Assembly (NCBI RefSeq): GCF_001017655.1
Contig: NZ_CP010904.1
Coordinates: 510,001-542,000 of the forward strand
Direction: 5' to 3'
Source: Kiritimatiella glycovorans
GTDB taxonomy: Bacteria; Verrucomicrobiota; Kiritimatiellia; Kiritimatiellales; Kiritimatiellaceae
Length of the DNA stretch: 32,000 nucleotides
Part shown: positions 9,091-17,577 of the stretch, piece after piece
How positions within the stretch are numbered: position 1 is the first letter of the stretch
Layout of the letters: each line of letters begins with the position of its first letter
Position numbers and translations under genes: made by a program
The notes under the pieces: generated by a model
The model's database searches: none
Told to the model about the DNA's origin: nothing
Seen by the model: the letters and a program-made list of their open reading frames with translations, nothing else

Positions 9091-9921
9091 ATGGGCAGTG
9101 AGCAACAATCGATAAAGAGGGTCGTGGTTTTGGGTGCGGCGGGGCGGATGGGACGAGCCATCATCCGCTCGCTGGTCGAGGAGAAGGTGCCCGGGCTCGA
9201 GCTGGCCGGAGCCGTAGATTTGTGGGACGCGTCGGGGCTTGGCGAAGACGCCGGCGTCGTGTCAGGGACCCGGGCAGCGGGGGTCAGCATGGGAAGCGAC
9301 CTGGCGGCGGTAACGCCGGATGCGGAGGTCGTGATTGATTTCAGCTCGCATGTGGCCACCTCGGGCAATGCGGAACGCATCGCCGAATGGGGATGCGGCT
9401 GGGTCATCGGGACCACGGGTCTAAACGACGAAGAGATGGATGCCGTCAGGGCCGCGGCACACAAGGTGCCCGTCGTCATGGCGGGCAACATGAGCCTCGG
9501 GATCAACCTGCTCTGCACGCTCATTGAAGCGGGTGCGAAGGCCCTGCGCGGACGCGGGTACGATGTGGAGGTGGTCGAGCGCCATCATCGGCGCAAGAAG
9601 GACGCCCCCAGCGGAACCGCGCTCATGCTCGCGCGCAGCGCCGCCGAAGGCTGCGGCTGGGATCTCGACCAAGTTCGCCGCGACGGCCGCAGCGGTCATA
9701 CGGGCGAGCGTCCCGACAAGGAGATCGGGATCCATGCCGTGCGCGGCGGCGGGATCGTCGGCGAACACACCCTGACCTTTGCCGGCGAGGGCGAGGTTCT
9801 GGAGTTCACGCACCGGGCTCTCAGCCGCGAGACCTTCGCGCTGGGTGCGCTCCAGGCGGCAAAGTGGCTCGAAGGCCGCGATCCGGGTCTGTACTCGATG
9901 AGGGACGTACTGGGGGTCTGA
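9091..9921 (+). CDS. dapB: 4-hydroxy-tetrahydrodipicolinate reductase
   Basis: VVVLGAAGRMGRAI (NAD(P) fold), ERHHRRKKDAPSGTAL and HAVRGGGIVGEH. Confidence 0.9.
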   Translation: MGSEQQSIKRVVVLGAAGRMGRAIIRSLVEEKVPGLELAGAVDLWDASGLGEDAGVVSGTRAAGVSMGSDLAAVTPDAEVVIDFSSHVATSGNAERIAEWGCGWVIGTTGLNDEEMDAVRAAAHKVPVVMAGNMSLGINLLCTLIEAGAKALRGRGYDVEVVERHHRRKKDAPSGTALMLARSAAEGCGWDLDQVRRDGRSGHTGERPDKEIGIHAVRGGGIVGEHTLTFAGEGEVLEFTHRALSRETFALGALQAAKWLEGRDPGLYSMRDVLGV

Positions 9922-9924
9922 TCA

Positions 9925-9943
9925 AACCCCGCCATGCGGGGTT
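9925..9943. terminator. hairpin between the convergent dapB and anti-sigma genes (possible bidirectional terminator)
   Basis: AACCCCGC-CAT-GCGGGGTT, an 8-bp stem. On the minus strand it is followed by TTTGA. There is no strong T-tract on the plus strand. Confidence 0.4.
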
Positions 9944-9991
9944 ATGCCGGAGGTGCGGAAGCGGCGCCCTCGTTGGATACGTAATTCGGAA

Positions 9992-10468
9992 TCATCCGTC
10001 CGTCACGGCGGTGTCGCCCTCGAAAAACCAGACCATCGCCGGGTCGAGTTCGCTCAGCGTCTCGTCAATGAGGCCCCCGGCGGATGCCGGCTGGGCGTAT
10101 TCCTCGTAGAGCGATTCGATCACCTCGGCCGTGGACGCATCCGGCGAGGTGTATCCCGCCTGATGCGAGATCCAGATTCCGGCTCCGGCGAGCAGCAGCA
10201 CACTCATCGCCGCGGCGAGGACGGGCCTGAGAACCGGGTGGGCCGGCCGGGGCGCGGCGCGCCGGCCTTCGGCCCGGACGGCCTGAAGGGTCGGAACGGA
10301 CGGCCCGGGGGGATCGGTGACGCAGGATTCGATCCGTCCGGCCATCGCCCGGAAGGCCCGGCATTCCGCGCAGTCCTCCAGATGGGCCTCGAGTCGTCTC
10401 CGTTTCCGGCCGCCCAGTTCGCCGCTTTGTTCGAGCAGGATCCATCTCCGGGCCTTCTGATGATTCAT
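9992..10468 (-). CDS. anti-sigma factor (zf-HC2 type), single-pass membrane protein
   Basis: The N-terminus HLEDCAECRAFRAM fits the H-x3-C-x2-C motif. There is a central hydrophobic segment LAAAMSVLLLAGAGIWI. The start overlaps the sigma gene stop (ATGA). Confidence 0.75.
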   Translation of the reverse strand: MNHQKARRWILLEQSGELGGRKRRRLEAHLEDCAECRAFRAMAGRIESCVTDPPGPSVPTLQAVRAEGRRAAPRPAHPVLRPVLAAAMSVLLLAGAGIWISHQAGYTSPDASTAEVIESLYEEYAQPASAGGLIDETLSELDPAMVWFFEGDTAVTDG

Positions 10469-11058
10469 GCCGCACCTCCGTACTCGCGGTATACTTCGTC
10501 CAGTTCGACGCGCAGTTTATTCAGCGCGTACTGCATGCGCGCCAGGGCCGTATTGATCGAGCATCCCTGTATGCGGGCGATCTCCCTGAACGGCAGCCCC
10601 GACTGCATTCGCATCCAGAACACCTCGCGCTGATCGTCCGGCAGGTGCTCCGCCGCCGCCGCGATCCGCCGTTCCAGCTCCGCCGAATCCGCGTCGTCAT
10701 CCGGTCCCGGGCCGTCGGCGGCGACCACCTGATCGAGGGTCAGCGTCGACCCTTCCGACTCTCCCAGCGGCTGCTGGAGCGAGCAGTCCGCCTTCTTTTT
10801 GCGCCGACGGTCGATCACTCCGTTGCGCGCGATCCGGAACAGCCAGCTCAGCAGCTTTCCGCCCTTGAACTTCGACCAGTTTCGAATGGCCTTGGACCAG
10901 ACCTCCTGGAAGATCTCGTCCGCTTCGTCCGGGTCGCGCGCCATACGGACGATGAAACCGTACAGCGGTTTCCTGTACCGTTCGACCAGTTCGCCCAGTG
11001 CCTCAACATCGCCCTTGCGATAGGCCCCGATCAGTTCCTGTTCGCTCGTCTCCGGCAC
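10465..11058 (-). CDS. ECF-type RNA polymerase sigma factor
   Basis: Region 2 (ELIGAYRKGDVEALGELVERYRKPLYGFIVRM...DEADEIFQEVWSKA) and region 4 (LPDDQREVFWMRMQSGLPFREIARIQGCSINTALARMQYALNKLR). There is no in-frame ATG. GTG 11058 with GGAGG 5 nt upstream is preferred; GTG 11085 is the alternative. Confidence 0.8.
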   Translation of the reverse strand: MPETSEQELIGAYRKGDVEALGELVERYRKPLYGFIVRMARDPDEADEIFQEVWSKAIRNWSKFKGGKLLSWLFRIARNGVIDRRRKKKADCSLQQPLGESEGSTLTLDQVVAADGPGPDDDADSAELERRIAAAAEHLPDDQREVFWMRMQSGLPFREIARIQGCSINTALARMQYALNKLRVELDEVYREYGGAA

Positions 11059-11205
11059 CGCGGCCTCCGGTCTTCCAGCCCACACCTCATGAAACGGATC
11101 ATCGGTCCATTTATTGCATCCGTGCCGCCGACGAATCGCCCGAACCGAAAATGGGTAAGCTCCCGTTCTTGCTCCGCCGGGCGATTCTACACACACTGTC
11201 CGGTT

Positions 11206-12690
11206 ATGAACTGGCCCGAGTCCATTCGCAGGAAACTCGACGCGCTGCCCGACCGGCCGGGAGTCTACCTTATGCGCGACCGGCGGGGGAAGATCATCTA
11301 CGTCGGCAAGGCGGCGTCGTTGCGCAAACGCGTGCGGAGTTACTTCCGCCCCAGTACGATGCGCCGCGGCGATCCGAAGCTGCGCGGACTGATCCGCTCC
11401 ATCGCCGACTTCGACGTCCTGGAGCTCAGGACCGAGGCCGAGGCCACGCTCACCGAGGGCAATCTCATCAAGGAATACCGCCCGCGCTACAACGCGCTGT
11501 TCAAGGACGACAAGCGATTCCTGCTGCTTCGCGTCCATCCCGGCGAACCGTATCCGCGGTTCGACACCTGCCGCATCCGTCGCGACGACGGCGCGCGCTA
11601 CTTCGGCCCCTACGCGTCGTCCTCCGCCGCCTATGCCGCGAAGGAATTCCTCGAAGCGCGTTTCGGACTGCGCCTCTGCCGTCCGCGCGTGCCCGACCGG
11701 GAGACCTACCGGCACTGTCACAACGACGTCATTCGCCGCTGCTCCGCCCCGTGCATCGGCCGGATCACCCCGGAGGAATACCAGCGGCGGGTCGAGGAGT
11801 CCTGCGCCTTCCTGCGCGGCGAACGCCCGGAACTGCTGCGCGAGCTGCGGGCGCAGATGGAGGCCGCCGCGGAAGGGCAGCACTACGAGTCCGCCGCCGC
11901 CCTGCGCGACCTGCTGAAGCTCGTCACCCGCGCCGTGCGCGAACGCGCGCGGGTGCGCCGGACGCCGGCGCTGCAGGAGGAAACCGCGCGGCAGGGACTG
12001 CGCGAACTGGCGGTCGCCCTGAAACTGCCGCACCCCCCGGACGTGATCGAATGCTTCGACATCTCCAATATATCCGGCACCTACGCCGTCGCCGCCCTGG
12101 TCGCCGCCGTCGACGGCCGGCCCGTGCCGCAGCGATACCGCCGCTTCCGCATCCGCACCGTCGAGGGTGCCGACGATCCCCGCATGATGGCCGAGGCCGT
12201 GCGCCGACGCTACTCGAGGCTGGCGCGCGAGGGCTCGTCGATGCCCGGCCTGGTGCTCGTGGACGGCGGGATCACCCAGCTCCGCGCCGCGCGGCGGGCG
12301 CTGCACGAGCTGGACCTCGGCGGTCTCGTCGTCGCCGGCCTCGCAAAACGATACGAGGAACTCTATACGAATGCGGAAAGCGCCGCCGAAACCGTACGGC
12401 TTCCCGGCGACAGCGCGGCGCTGGAGGTCATCCGGCGCATCCGCGACGAGGCCCACCGGTTCGCCATCGCCTACCACCGCCGGCTGCGCGGCCGCCGCAT
12501 CAGGGAGTCCGTGCTCGACGACATCGAGGGCATCGGCCCGAGAAAGAAGGAACAGCTGCTCCGCCATTTCGGTTCCTTCCAGCGCCTGAAAAAGGCGGAC
12601 GAAAAGGAACTCGCCGATGCTCCCGGCATCGGTCCGCATACGGCCAAACTCATCCGTACCGAACTCGAGCGGCTCAGCCGGAACCCTTGA
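11206..12690 (+). CDS. uvrC: excinuclease ABC subunit C (short form, 494 aa)
   Basis: GIY-YIG domain (PGVYLMRDRRGKIIYVGKA...YRPRYN), UVR motif (EGQHYESAAALRDLLKL), IECFDISNISG endonuclease region and C-terminal HhH (IEGIGPRKKEQLLRHFGS). Confidence 0.88.
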   Translation: MNWPESIRRKLDALPDRPGVYLMRDRRGKIIYVGKAASLRKRVRSYFRPSTMRRGDPKLRGLIRSIADFDVLELRTEAEATLTEGNLIKEYRPRYNALFKDDKRFLLLRVHPGEPYPRFDTCRIRRDDGARYFGPYASSSAAYAAKEFLEARFGLRLCRPRVPDRETYRHCHNDVIRRCSAPCIGRITPEEYQRRVEESCAFLRGERPELLRELRAQMEAAAEGQHYESAAALRDLLKLVTRAVRERARVRRTPALQEETARQGLRELAVALKLPHPPDVIECFDISNISGTYAVAALVAAVDGRPVPQRYRRFRIRTVEGADDPRMMAEAVRRRYSRLAREGSSMPGLVLVDGGITQLRAARRALHELDLGGLVVAGLAKRYEELYTNAESAAETVRLPGDSAALEVIRRIRDEAHRFAIAYHRRLRGRRIRESVLDDIEGIGPRKKEQLLRHFGSFQRLKKADEKELADAPGIGPHTAKLIRTELERLSRNP

Positions 12691-12748
12691 CAGGCTGCGG
12701 ACAGAGGGTCATCGTTTCGCATCGAGCGGAAGGATGGAAGGGGCTTCC

Positions 12749-13531
12749 ATGTACGTCCTGAAGAAGGCGGTGTCCCCGTTTCTGGACCCTCTGGCGCTGG
12801 GACTGCTGGTGTTGCTGGCGGGGCTGATCGGCGGATGGAAGACGGTCCGGCGCGGAGCTCGCATCGCGGCTTGGACAGGCTGGCTGATGCTCGCCGCGGC
12901 GGGAACGGATCCGGGGGCCGCGTTTCTGCTGAAACCGCTCGAGCAGGCGTATCCCGTCTTTGAACCCGGGCGGGCGGGCGTTTCTTATGTCGTCGTGCTC
13001 GGCGCAGGGCAAAGCTTTTACAAAAACCACCCCCCGACCTCGGTGATTCATCCGGAGGGGGTCGTGCGCCTCACGGAGGGTGTGCGTCTGTGCCGGGAGC
13101 TGACCGATGCGACCCTGGTCCTTTGCGGAGGCGAGACGGGTCCGGGGCCCGCCGAGGCGGAGATGATGAAACGGCTCGCAATCGATCTCGGTGCGGACCC
13201 CGGGAGGATTCTCCTCGAGTCGGAGTCGCTGGATACGGACGATCAGGCGCGCCGTCTGGCGCCGATGCTCGGGGGCGAGCGTTTCGCGCTGGTAACCAGC
13301 GCCCGTCATCTGCCCCGCGCGGTCATGCTGTGCCGGGCGCAGGGCCTGCGGCCCGTGCCCGCTCCCACCGCCCATATCACGGCCGGAGGCGGCGGTCTGC
13401 GCTGGCACGGCTGGGTGCCTTCTTCGGGCGCCCTCCAGAGTTCGGCGGCGGCTCTGCATGAGTATATCGGGCTGGCGTGGGAAACGCTTTGCGCGCAGAG
13501 GCTTCGTCGCACCCCGCCGCGAAATCCGTAG
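12749..13531 (+). CDS. DUF218 / YdcF-ElyC family membrane-anchored protein
   Basis: N-terminal TM segment, then VVVLGAG, LCGGETGPGPAEAEMMKRLAIDLGADPGRILLESESLDTDDQA and ALVTSARHLPRA. ATG 12734 is an alternative start. Confidence 0.72.
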   Translation: MYVLKKAVSPFLDPLALGLLVLLAGLIGGWKTVRRGARIAAWTGWLMLAAAGTDPGAAFLLKPLEQAYPVFEPGRAGVSYVVVLGAGQSFYKNHPPTSVIHPEGVVRLTEGVRLCRELTDATLVLCGGETGPGPAEAEMMKRLAIDLGADPGRILLESESLDTDDQARRLAPMLGGERFALVTSARHLPRAVMLCRAQGLRPVPAPTAHITAGGGGLRWHGWVPSSGALQSSAAALHEYIGLAWETLCAQRLRRTPPRNP

Positions 13532-13586
13532 TTCAGCCGCGTTCTGCCGCGGCATCCCGTTCTTGTACCCGCGCGCGGGCTGCGCT

Positions 13587-14714
13587 ATGAAAGATGCACG
13601 GGAACGGGAGAAAGCGGGGAAGCGGTTCATGGAGCAGAAGCGGCTGAGCGATATCGGATGGGGCGAGTTCCAGAAGATGGGGCTCACCGGCAAGGGCGAA
13701 TATCTCAATCACCGACAGCGCCCCGTTCATACCCTCCTCGCCCAGCAGTTCGACCGGCCGATGCTCGAGCGTCTCTGCGACCTCGCCACGAAGATCCGCA
13801 CCATCGCCCGTACGCGCGGGGGGATGCAGTTCCTCCAGACCCTGCTCTCCGAAAAGCGCGCCATGCTCTACTTCGCCCAGCCCTCGACCCGTACGTTCCT
13901 CTCCTTTTACACCGCCTGTCAGACGCTGGGGGTCAAGCCGGCCGAGGTGCGCGACACCACCACCTCGAGCGAGGTCAAGGGCGAATCGCCCGAGGATACC
14001 GTGCGCACGTTCAGCTCGTTCGTGGATATGATCATCATGCGGCACCCGGTCGGCGGTTTCGCCGAGCGGATCGCCTGGCTGCTCTCGCACACCGACCGCG
14101 AAGTCCCCGTCCTCAATGCGGGCTCGGGCAAGGATCAGCACCCGACCCAGGCGCTGCTGGATATCTATACCCTGCAGCAGGGATTCGATGGACGGGGCGG
14201 GATCGACGGCAAGACGGTGCTCTTTGTCGGAGACCTCGCGCGCGGGCGCACCGTGCGGTCGCTCGCCTGGCTGCTTACATGCTACGAGGGCGTCCGCGCG
14301 CTGTTCGTGGCCCCGGAGCCGCTGCAGATCCGCGAGGACGTGCTGCGCCAGCTCGACCGCGCCGGAATGCCCTATGAAATCGGCACCGATTTCGAGCGTT
14401 TCATCCCCGAGGCGGATGCGATCTACATGACCCGCATTCAGGACGAGTGGGACGTTTCCGACGAGAGCAAGACCCTGAACGTGGAGAAATATTTCTTTAC
14501 GCGCGACCACCTGCCGATGTTAAAGAGGGACGCGATCCTGATGCACCCGCTGCCGCGGCGGCGGGAGATCGATGCGGAGGTGGATGCCGATCCGCGCGCA
14601 TACTACTGGCGGCAGGTGCGCAACGGTATGTGGATCCGTACCGCCCTCATCCTCCTGACGTTCCAGCGGGAGGCGGAGGTGGACCGCTACTACGAGGACC
14701 TCACCCGCGAATAG
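13587..14714 (+). CDS. pyrB: aspartate carbamoyltransferase-like protein with an N-terminal extension
   Basis: PSTRTFLSF (STRT), SSEVKGES, IMRHP, QHPTQALLD, GDLARGRTVRS, YMTRIQDEW and MHPLPRRREI all track E. coli PyrB catalytic-chain motifs, including the HPLP signature. ATG 13629 is an alternative start. Confidence 0.72.
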   Translation: MKDAREREKAGKRFMEQKRLSDIGWGEFQKMGLTGKGEYLNHRQRPVHTLLAQQFDRPMLERLCDLATKIRTIARTRGGMQFLQTLLSEKRAMLYFAQPSTRTFLSFYTACQTLGVKPAEVRDTTTSSEVKGESPEDTVRTFSSFVDMIIMRHPVGGFAERIAWLLSHTDREVPVLNAGSGKDQHPTQALLDIYTLQQGFDGRGGIDGKTVLFVGDLARGRTVRSLAWLLTCYEGVRALFVAPEPLQIREDVLRQLDRAGMPYEIGTDFERFIPEADAIYMTRIQDEWDVSDESKTLNVEKYFFTRDHLPMLKRDAILMHPLPRRREIDAEVDADPRAYYWRQVRNGMWIRTALILLTFQREAEVDRYYEDLTRE

Positions 14715-14741
14715 CGCGGCCGCCTTCCTGTCGCGGCCGCG
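14715..14741 (+). other. GC-rich hairpin in the pyrB-like/argF spacer
   Basis: CGCGGCCGC - 9-nt loop - GCGGCCGCG, starting 1 nt after the TAG stop. No T-tract, so not a classical terminator. Each arm contains the self-complementary GCGGCCGC, which makes the pairing ambiguous. Confidence 0.3.
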
Positions 14742-14761
14742 TCTGAACCACGGAGAGAACG

Positions 14762-15694
14762 ATGCGACATTTTATTTCTCTGGCCGAATGCAGCCCGCGG
14801 TATCTGACGGAGCTGCTGGATCTCGCCGACGGCGTGAAGCGCGAACCGGAAGCCTTCGCCGGGGCGCTGAACCGCAGAACGCTCCTGATGATCTTCGAGA
14901 AACCGAGCCTCCGTACGCGCCTTTCGTTCGAGACGGGTATGATCCAGCTCGGCGGCCATGCCATTTATTACCATACGGGCAATTCGCCGATGGGCGCCGG
15001 GAAGGAGAGCATCCACGACTCGGTCAAAACGGCGGCGCGCTACGTCGACCTGATCATGGCCCGGCTGTTCGATCATCGGCACCTGTTGGAGATGGCCCAT
15101 CACGCGGAAGTACCGGTGATTAACGCGCTGACGGATTACAGCCATCCCTGCCAGGTGCTCGCCGACCTGCAGACGATCCGGGAGAAGAAAGGGACCCTCG
15201 AAGGACTCAAGCTGGCTTATCTCGGCGACGGGCATAACAACGTCACCCATTCGCTGCTGGTCGGATGCACGAAACTCGGCATGCGTATCTGTGTGGGCTG
15301 CCCGGCGGGCGAGGATTTCATTCCGCTCCCCGAGGTGATCAGGGAGGCGGAGGTTTTTGCCGCGGAGAGCGGGGGGGCGGTGGAACTGACCGACGACCCG
15401 CGTGCCGCGGTCGAAGGGGCGGATGTCGTCTACACCGACTCGTGGATGAGTTACCACGTTCCCCCCGAACAGGAGAAACAGCGCACCGCCCTCTTCCGGC
15501 CGTACCAGGTGAACGGCGAACTGATGGCCCTGGCGCGCGAGGACGCGATCTTCATGAACTGCCTGCCCGCGATGCGGGGCGCGGAGCAGACGGCGGAGGT
15601 GATCGACGGCCCGCAGTCCGTGGTCTTCGACGAGGCCGAAAACCGCCTCCACGCCCAGAAGGCCGTGATGCTCCGTCTGACGGGCACGGCATGA
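14762..15694 (+). CDS. argF: ornithine carbamoyltransferase family protein (non-canonical SMG and HCLP motifs)
   Basis: FEKPSLRTRLSFE, SHPCQVLADL and VFDEAENRLHAQKAV place it in the OTCase family. However, DSWMSYH replaces DxxxSMG and NCLPA replaces HCLPA. Confidence 0.75.
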   Translation: MRHFISLAECSPRYLTELLDLADGVKREPEAFAGALNRRTLLMIFEKPSLRTRLSFETGMIQLGGHAIYYHTGNSPMGAGKESIHDSVKTAARYVDLIMARLFDHRHLLEMAHHAEVPVINALTDYSHPCQVLADLQTIREKKGTLEGLKLAYLGDGHNNVTHSLLVGCTKLGMRICVGCPAGEDFIPLPEVIREAEVFAAESGGAVELTDDPRAAVEGADVVYTDSWMSYHVPPEQEKQRTALFRPYQVNGELMALAREDAIFMNCLPAMRGAEQTAEVIDGPQSVVFDEAENRLHAQKAVMLRLTGTA

Positions 15695-16242
15695 ACCGTC
15701 GCCGCTGGATCGCCGCCGCGGGGCCGGCGCTTCTGGCTGCGCCCGCCGCATGGGCCGCCCGCCGGTGGCACCGGTTCACGGATGGCCGCCTGGCGGAGAA
15801 TCCGTACAACGACGGCGACAGCTTCTGGATCGACTGCGGCGACCGCGACCGCAAGTTCCGGCTCTATTTCTGCGACGCCCCCGAATGCAGCGCGGAGAAA
15901 CCGTGGGCCCGCCGCAGACTGAAAGAGCAGGCGGAATACTTCGGCATCAGCCGGCGCGACGCGGTCGAACGGGGCCGTGAGGCGAAGCGCCGAACCGAAA
16001 ATTTGCTCGCCGAGCATGCATGCACCGTCTGGACGCGCTGGGACGATGCGAAAGGGCAGGGGGCGCCGCGCTGGTACGCCCTGGTGCGGGTCCGCGGCCG
16101 CTGGCTTTCGGAGATCCTCGTGGAGTCCGGCCTCGCAATCCCCTGGTTTCACCCGCCCCACCTCAGGCGCGATACGCGGCTTCCCGGCGGAGAGACGGTC
16201 GAGGCGGTGCTCGGGAGAATGGCGAAATATGAGGATCGGTGA
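15691..16242 (+). CDS. exported staphylococcal-nuclease (SNase)-like domain protein
   Basis: The N-terminus MNRRRWIAAAGPALLAAPAAWA looks like a signal peptide, possibly Tat type. FRLYFCDAPE resembles the thermonuclease (V/F)RL.G.D(A/T)PE motif. The ATG overlaps the argF stop (ATGA). Confidence 0.6.
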   Translation: MNRRRWIAAAGPALLAAPAAWAARRWHRFTDGRLAENPYNDGDSFWIDCGDRDRKFRLYFCDAPECSAEKPWARRRLKEQAEYFGISRRDAVERGREAKRRTENLLAEHACTVWTRWDDAKGQGAPRWYALVRVRGRWLSEILVESGLAIPWFHPPHLRRDTRLPGGETVEAVLGRMAKYEDR

Positions 16243-16293
16243 TTGAACACGAACCAGGACTGTATTATATTCAGAGGGACGCCCTCCATCGCG

Positions 16294-17577
16294 ATGCCCC
16301 GCACCTACCACATCTGGACGATCGGCTGTCAGATGAACGAAGCCGACTCGAGCCGTCTCGCTTCCGAGCTGGAGCGTGCGGGCTTCCGCCGTGCCGGGCG
16401 CGCGGAGGACGCCGACGTGGTGGTCCTCAATACCTGTGTGGTGCGGCAGAAACCCGAGGACAAGGCGATTAACCGGCTCCATACCCTGAAACCCTGGCGC
16501 CGGGCGGACGCGGATCGGACGCTCGCGCTGATGGGTTGTCTGGTGGGGCAGCGGGAGATGGCGGAACTCCGCCGGGCGTTTCCGTTCGTCGATGTGTTTA
16601 TGCGTCCTTCCGAACCCGCGCCGCTGCTGGATTTTCTGCGGGACTGCCGCGGCGGGAAGGACCGGGAGATGGAGGACTACCGCCTGCCCGCCGGCGCGAA
16701 CGGCGTAACCGCCTACGTGCCGGTCACGCTGGGATGCTCCCGGGCCTGCTCGTATTGCGTGATTCCGGGCCGCCGCGGACCCGACCGCAGCCGGCCGCCC
16801 GAAGAGGTGCTGGACGAGGTCCGCGCCCTCGCAGACGAGGGGGTGCGCGAGATCGGGATGCTCGGACAGATCGTGGACCGTTACGGCATGGACCTCGAAG
16901 GCTGGACGCTGGCCCGCCTGCTGCGCGAGGCGGCGCGGACGGAGGGGCTGCGGCGGCTTCGTTTTCTCACCAGCCATCCCGCGTATCTCGACGACGAGCT
17001 GATCGCCGCGGTTCGGGATGAGCCGAAGGTATGTCCCTGTTTCGAACTCCCTTTCCAGGCCGGCAGCAACCGTATTCTGAAAGACATGCGCCGGGGCTAT
17101 ACGCGCGAGCAGTACGCGGAAATCGTGCGCCGCATCCGCGCCGCCATCCCCGAAGCCGCCGTCAATACGGATATCATCGTCGGTTATCCCACCGAGACGG
17201 AGGCGGAATTCGTCGAGACGCTGGACCTGATGCGTGAGCTGGAGCTCGACATGGCGCATATCGCCAAATATTCGCCGCGGCCCGGCACGACGGCGGCGCG
17301 GATGCCCGACGACGTCCCGCCGGAGGAGAAGGAGCGCCGCCGCAGGGCGGCGGAGGAATGTGCGCGCTCGATCCTGGAACGCAGGCACGCCGCCCTGATC
17401 GGAGAGATCGTCGAAGTGCTGGCGGAGTCGTACGACCGGAAACACGGCCGCTGGCGCGGCCGCACGCCGCAGGGCAAACTCGTGTTTTTCGCCGCTGAGA
17501 ACCCCGGGCCCGGCGCACTCGTGAACGTCCGCCTCGAGTGGGCCGGGCCCTATTCGATGATCGGGACCCCCGACTGA
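16294..17577 (+). CDS. miaB: tRNA methylthiotransferase (MiaB family radical SAM enzyme)
   Basis: YHIWTIGCQMNEADS and LNTCVVR (MTTase N domain), GCSRACSYCVIPGRRG (CxxxCxxC radical SAM) and a C-terminal TRAM-like region. ATG 16294 is preferred over the TTG at 16243. Confidence 0.85.
   Translation: MPRTYHIWTIGCQMNEADSSRLASELERAGFRRAGRAEDADVVVLNTCVVRQKPEDKAINRLHTLKPWRRADADRTLALMGCLVGQREMAELRRAFPFVDVFMRPSEPAPLLDFLRDCRGGKDREMEDYRLPAGANGVTAYVPVTLGCSRACSYCVIPGRRGPDRSRPPEEVLDEVRALADEGVREIGMLGQIVDRYGMDLEGWTLARLLREAARTEGLRRLRFLTSHPAYLDDELIAAVRDEPKVCPCFELPFQAGSNRILKDMRRGYTREQYAEIVRRIRAAIPEAAVNTDIIVGYPTETEAEFVETLDLMRELELDMAHIAKYSPRPGTTAARMPDDVPPEEKERRRRAAEECARSILERRHAALIGEIVEVLAESYDRKHGRWRGRTPQGKLVFFAAENPGPGALVNVRLEWAGPYSMIGTPD

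Noticed and set aside
9944-10633. 229-aa plus-strand ORF overlapping the anti-sigma and sigma genes.
   Set aside because: It lies antisense to a well-supported, translationally coupled ECF sigma / anti-sigma pair, and its translation is low-complexity.
11142-11170. ECF-type promoter upstream of the sigma gene (minus strand AGAAC-N17-CGGTT).
   Set aside because: The match to the GGAAC / CGT-type ECF consensus is loose, and I cannot verify the spacing or the TSS without data. It is recorded only as a possibility.
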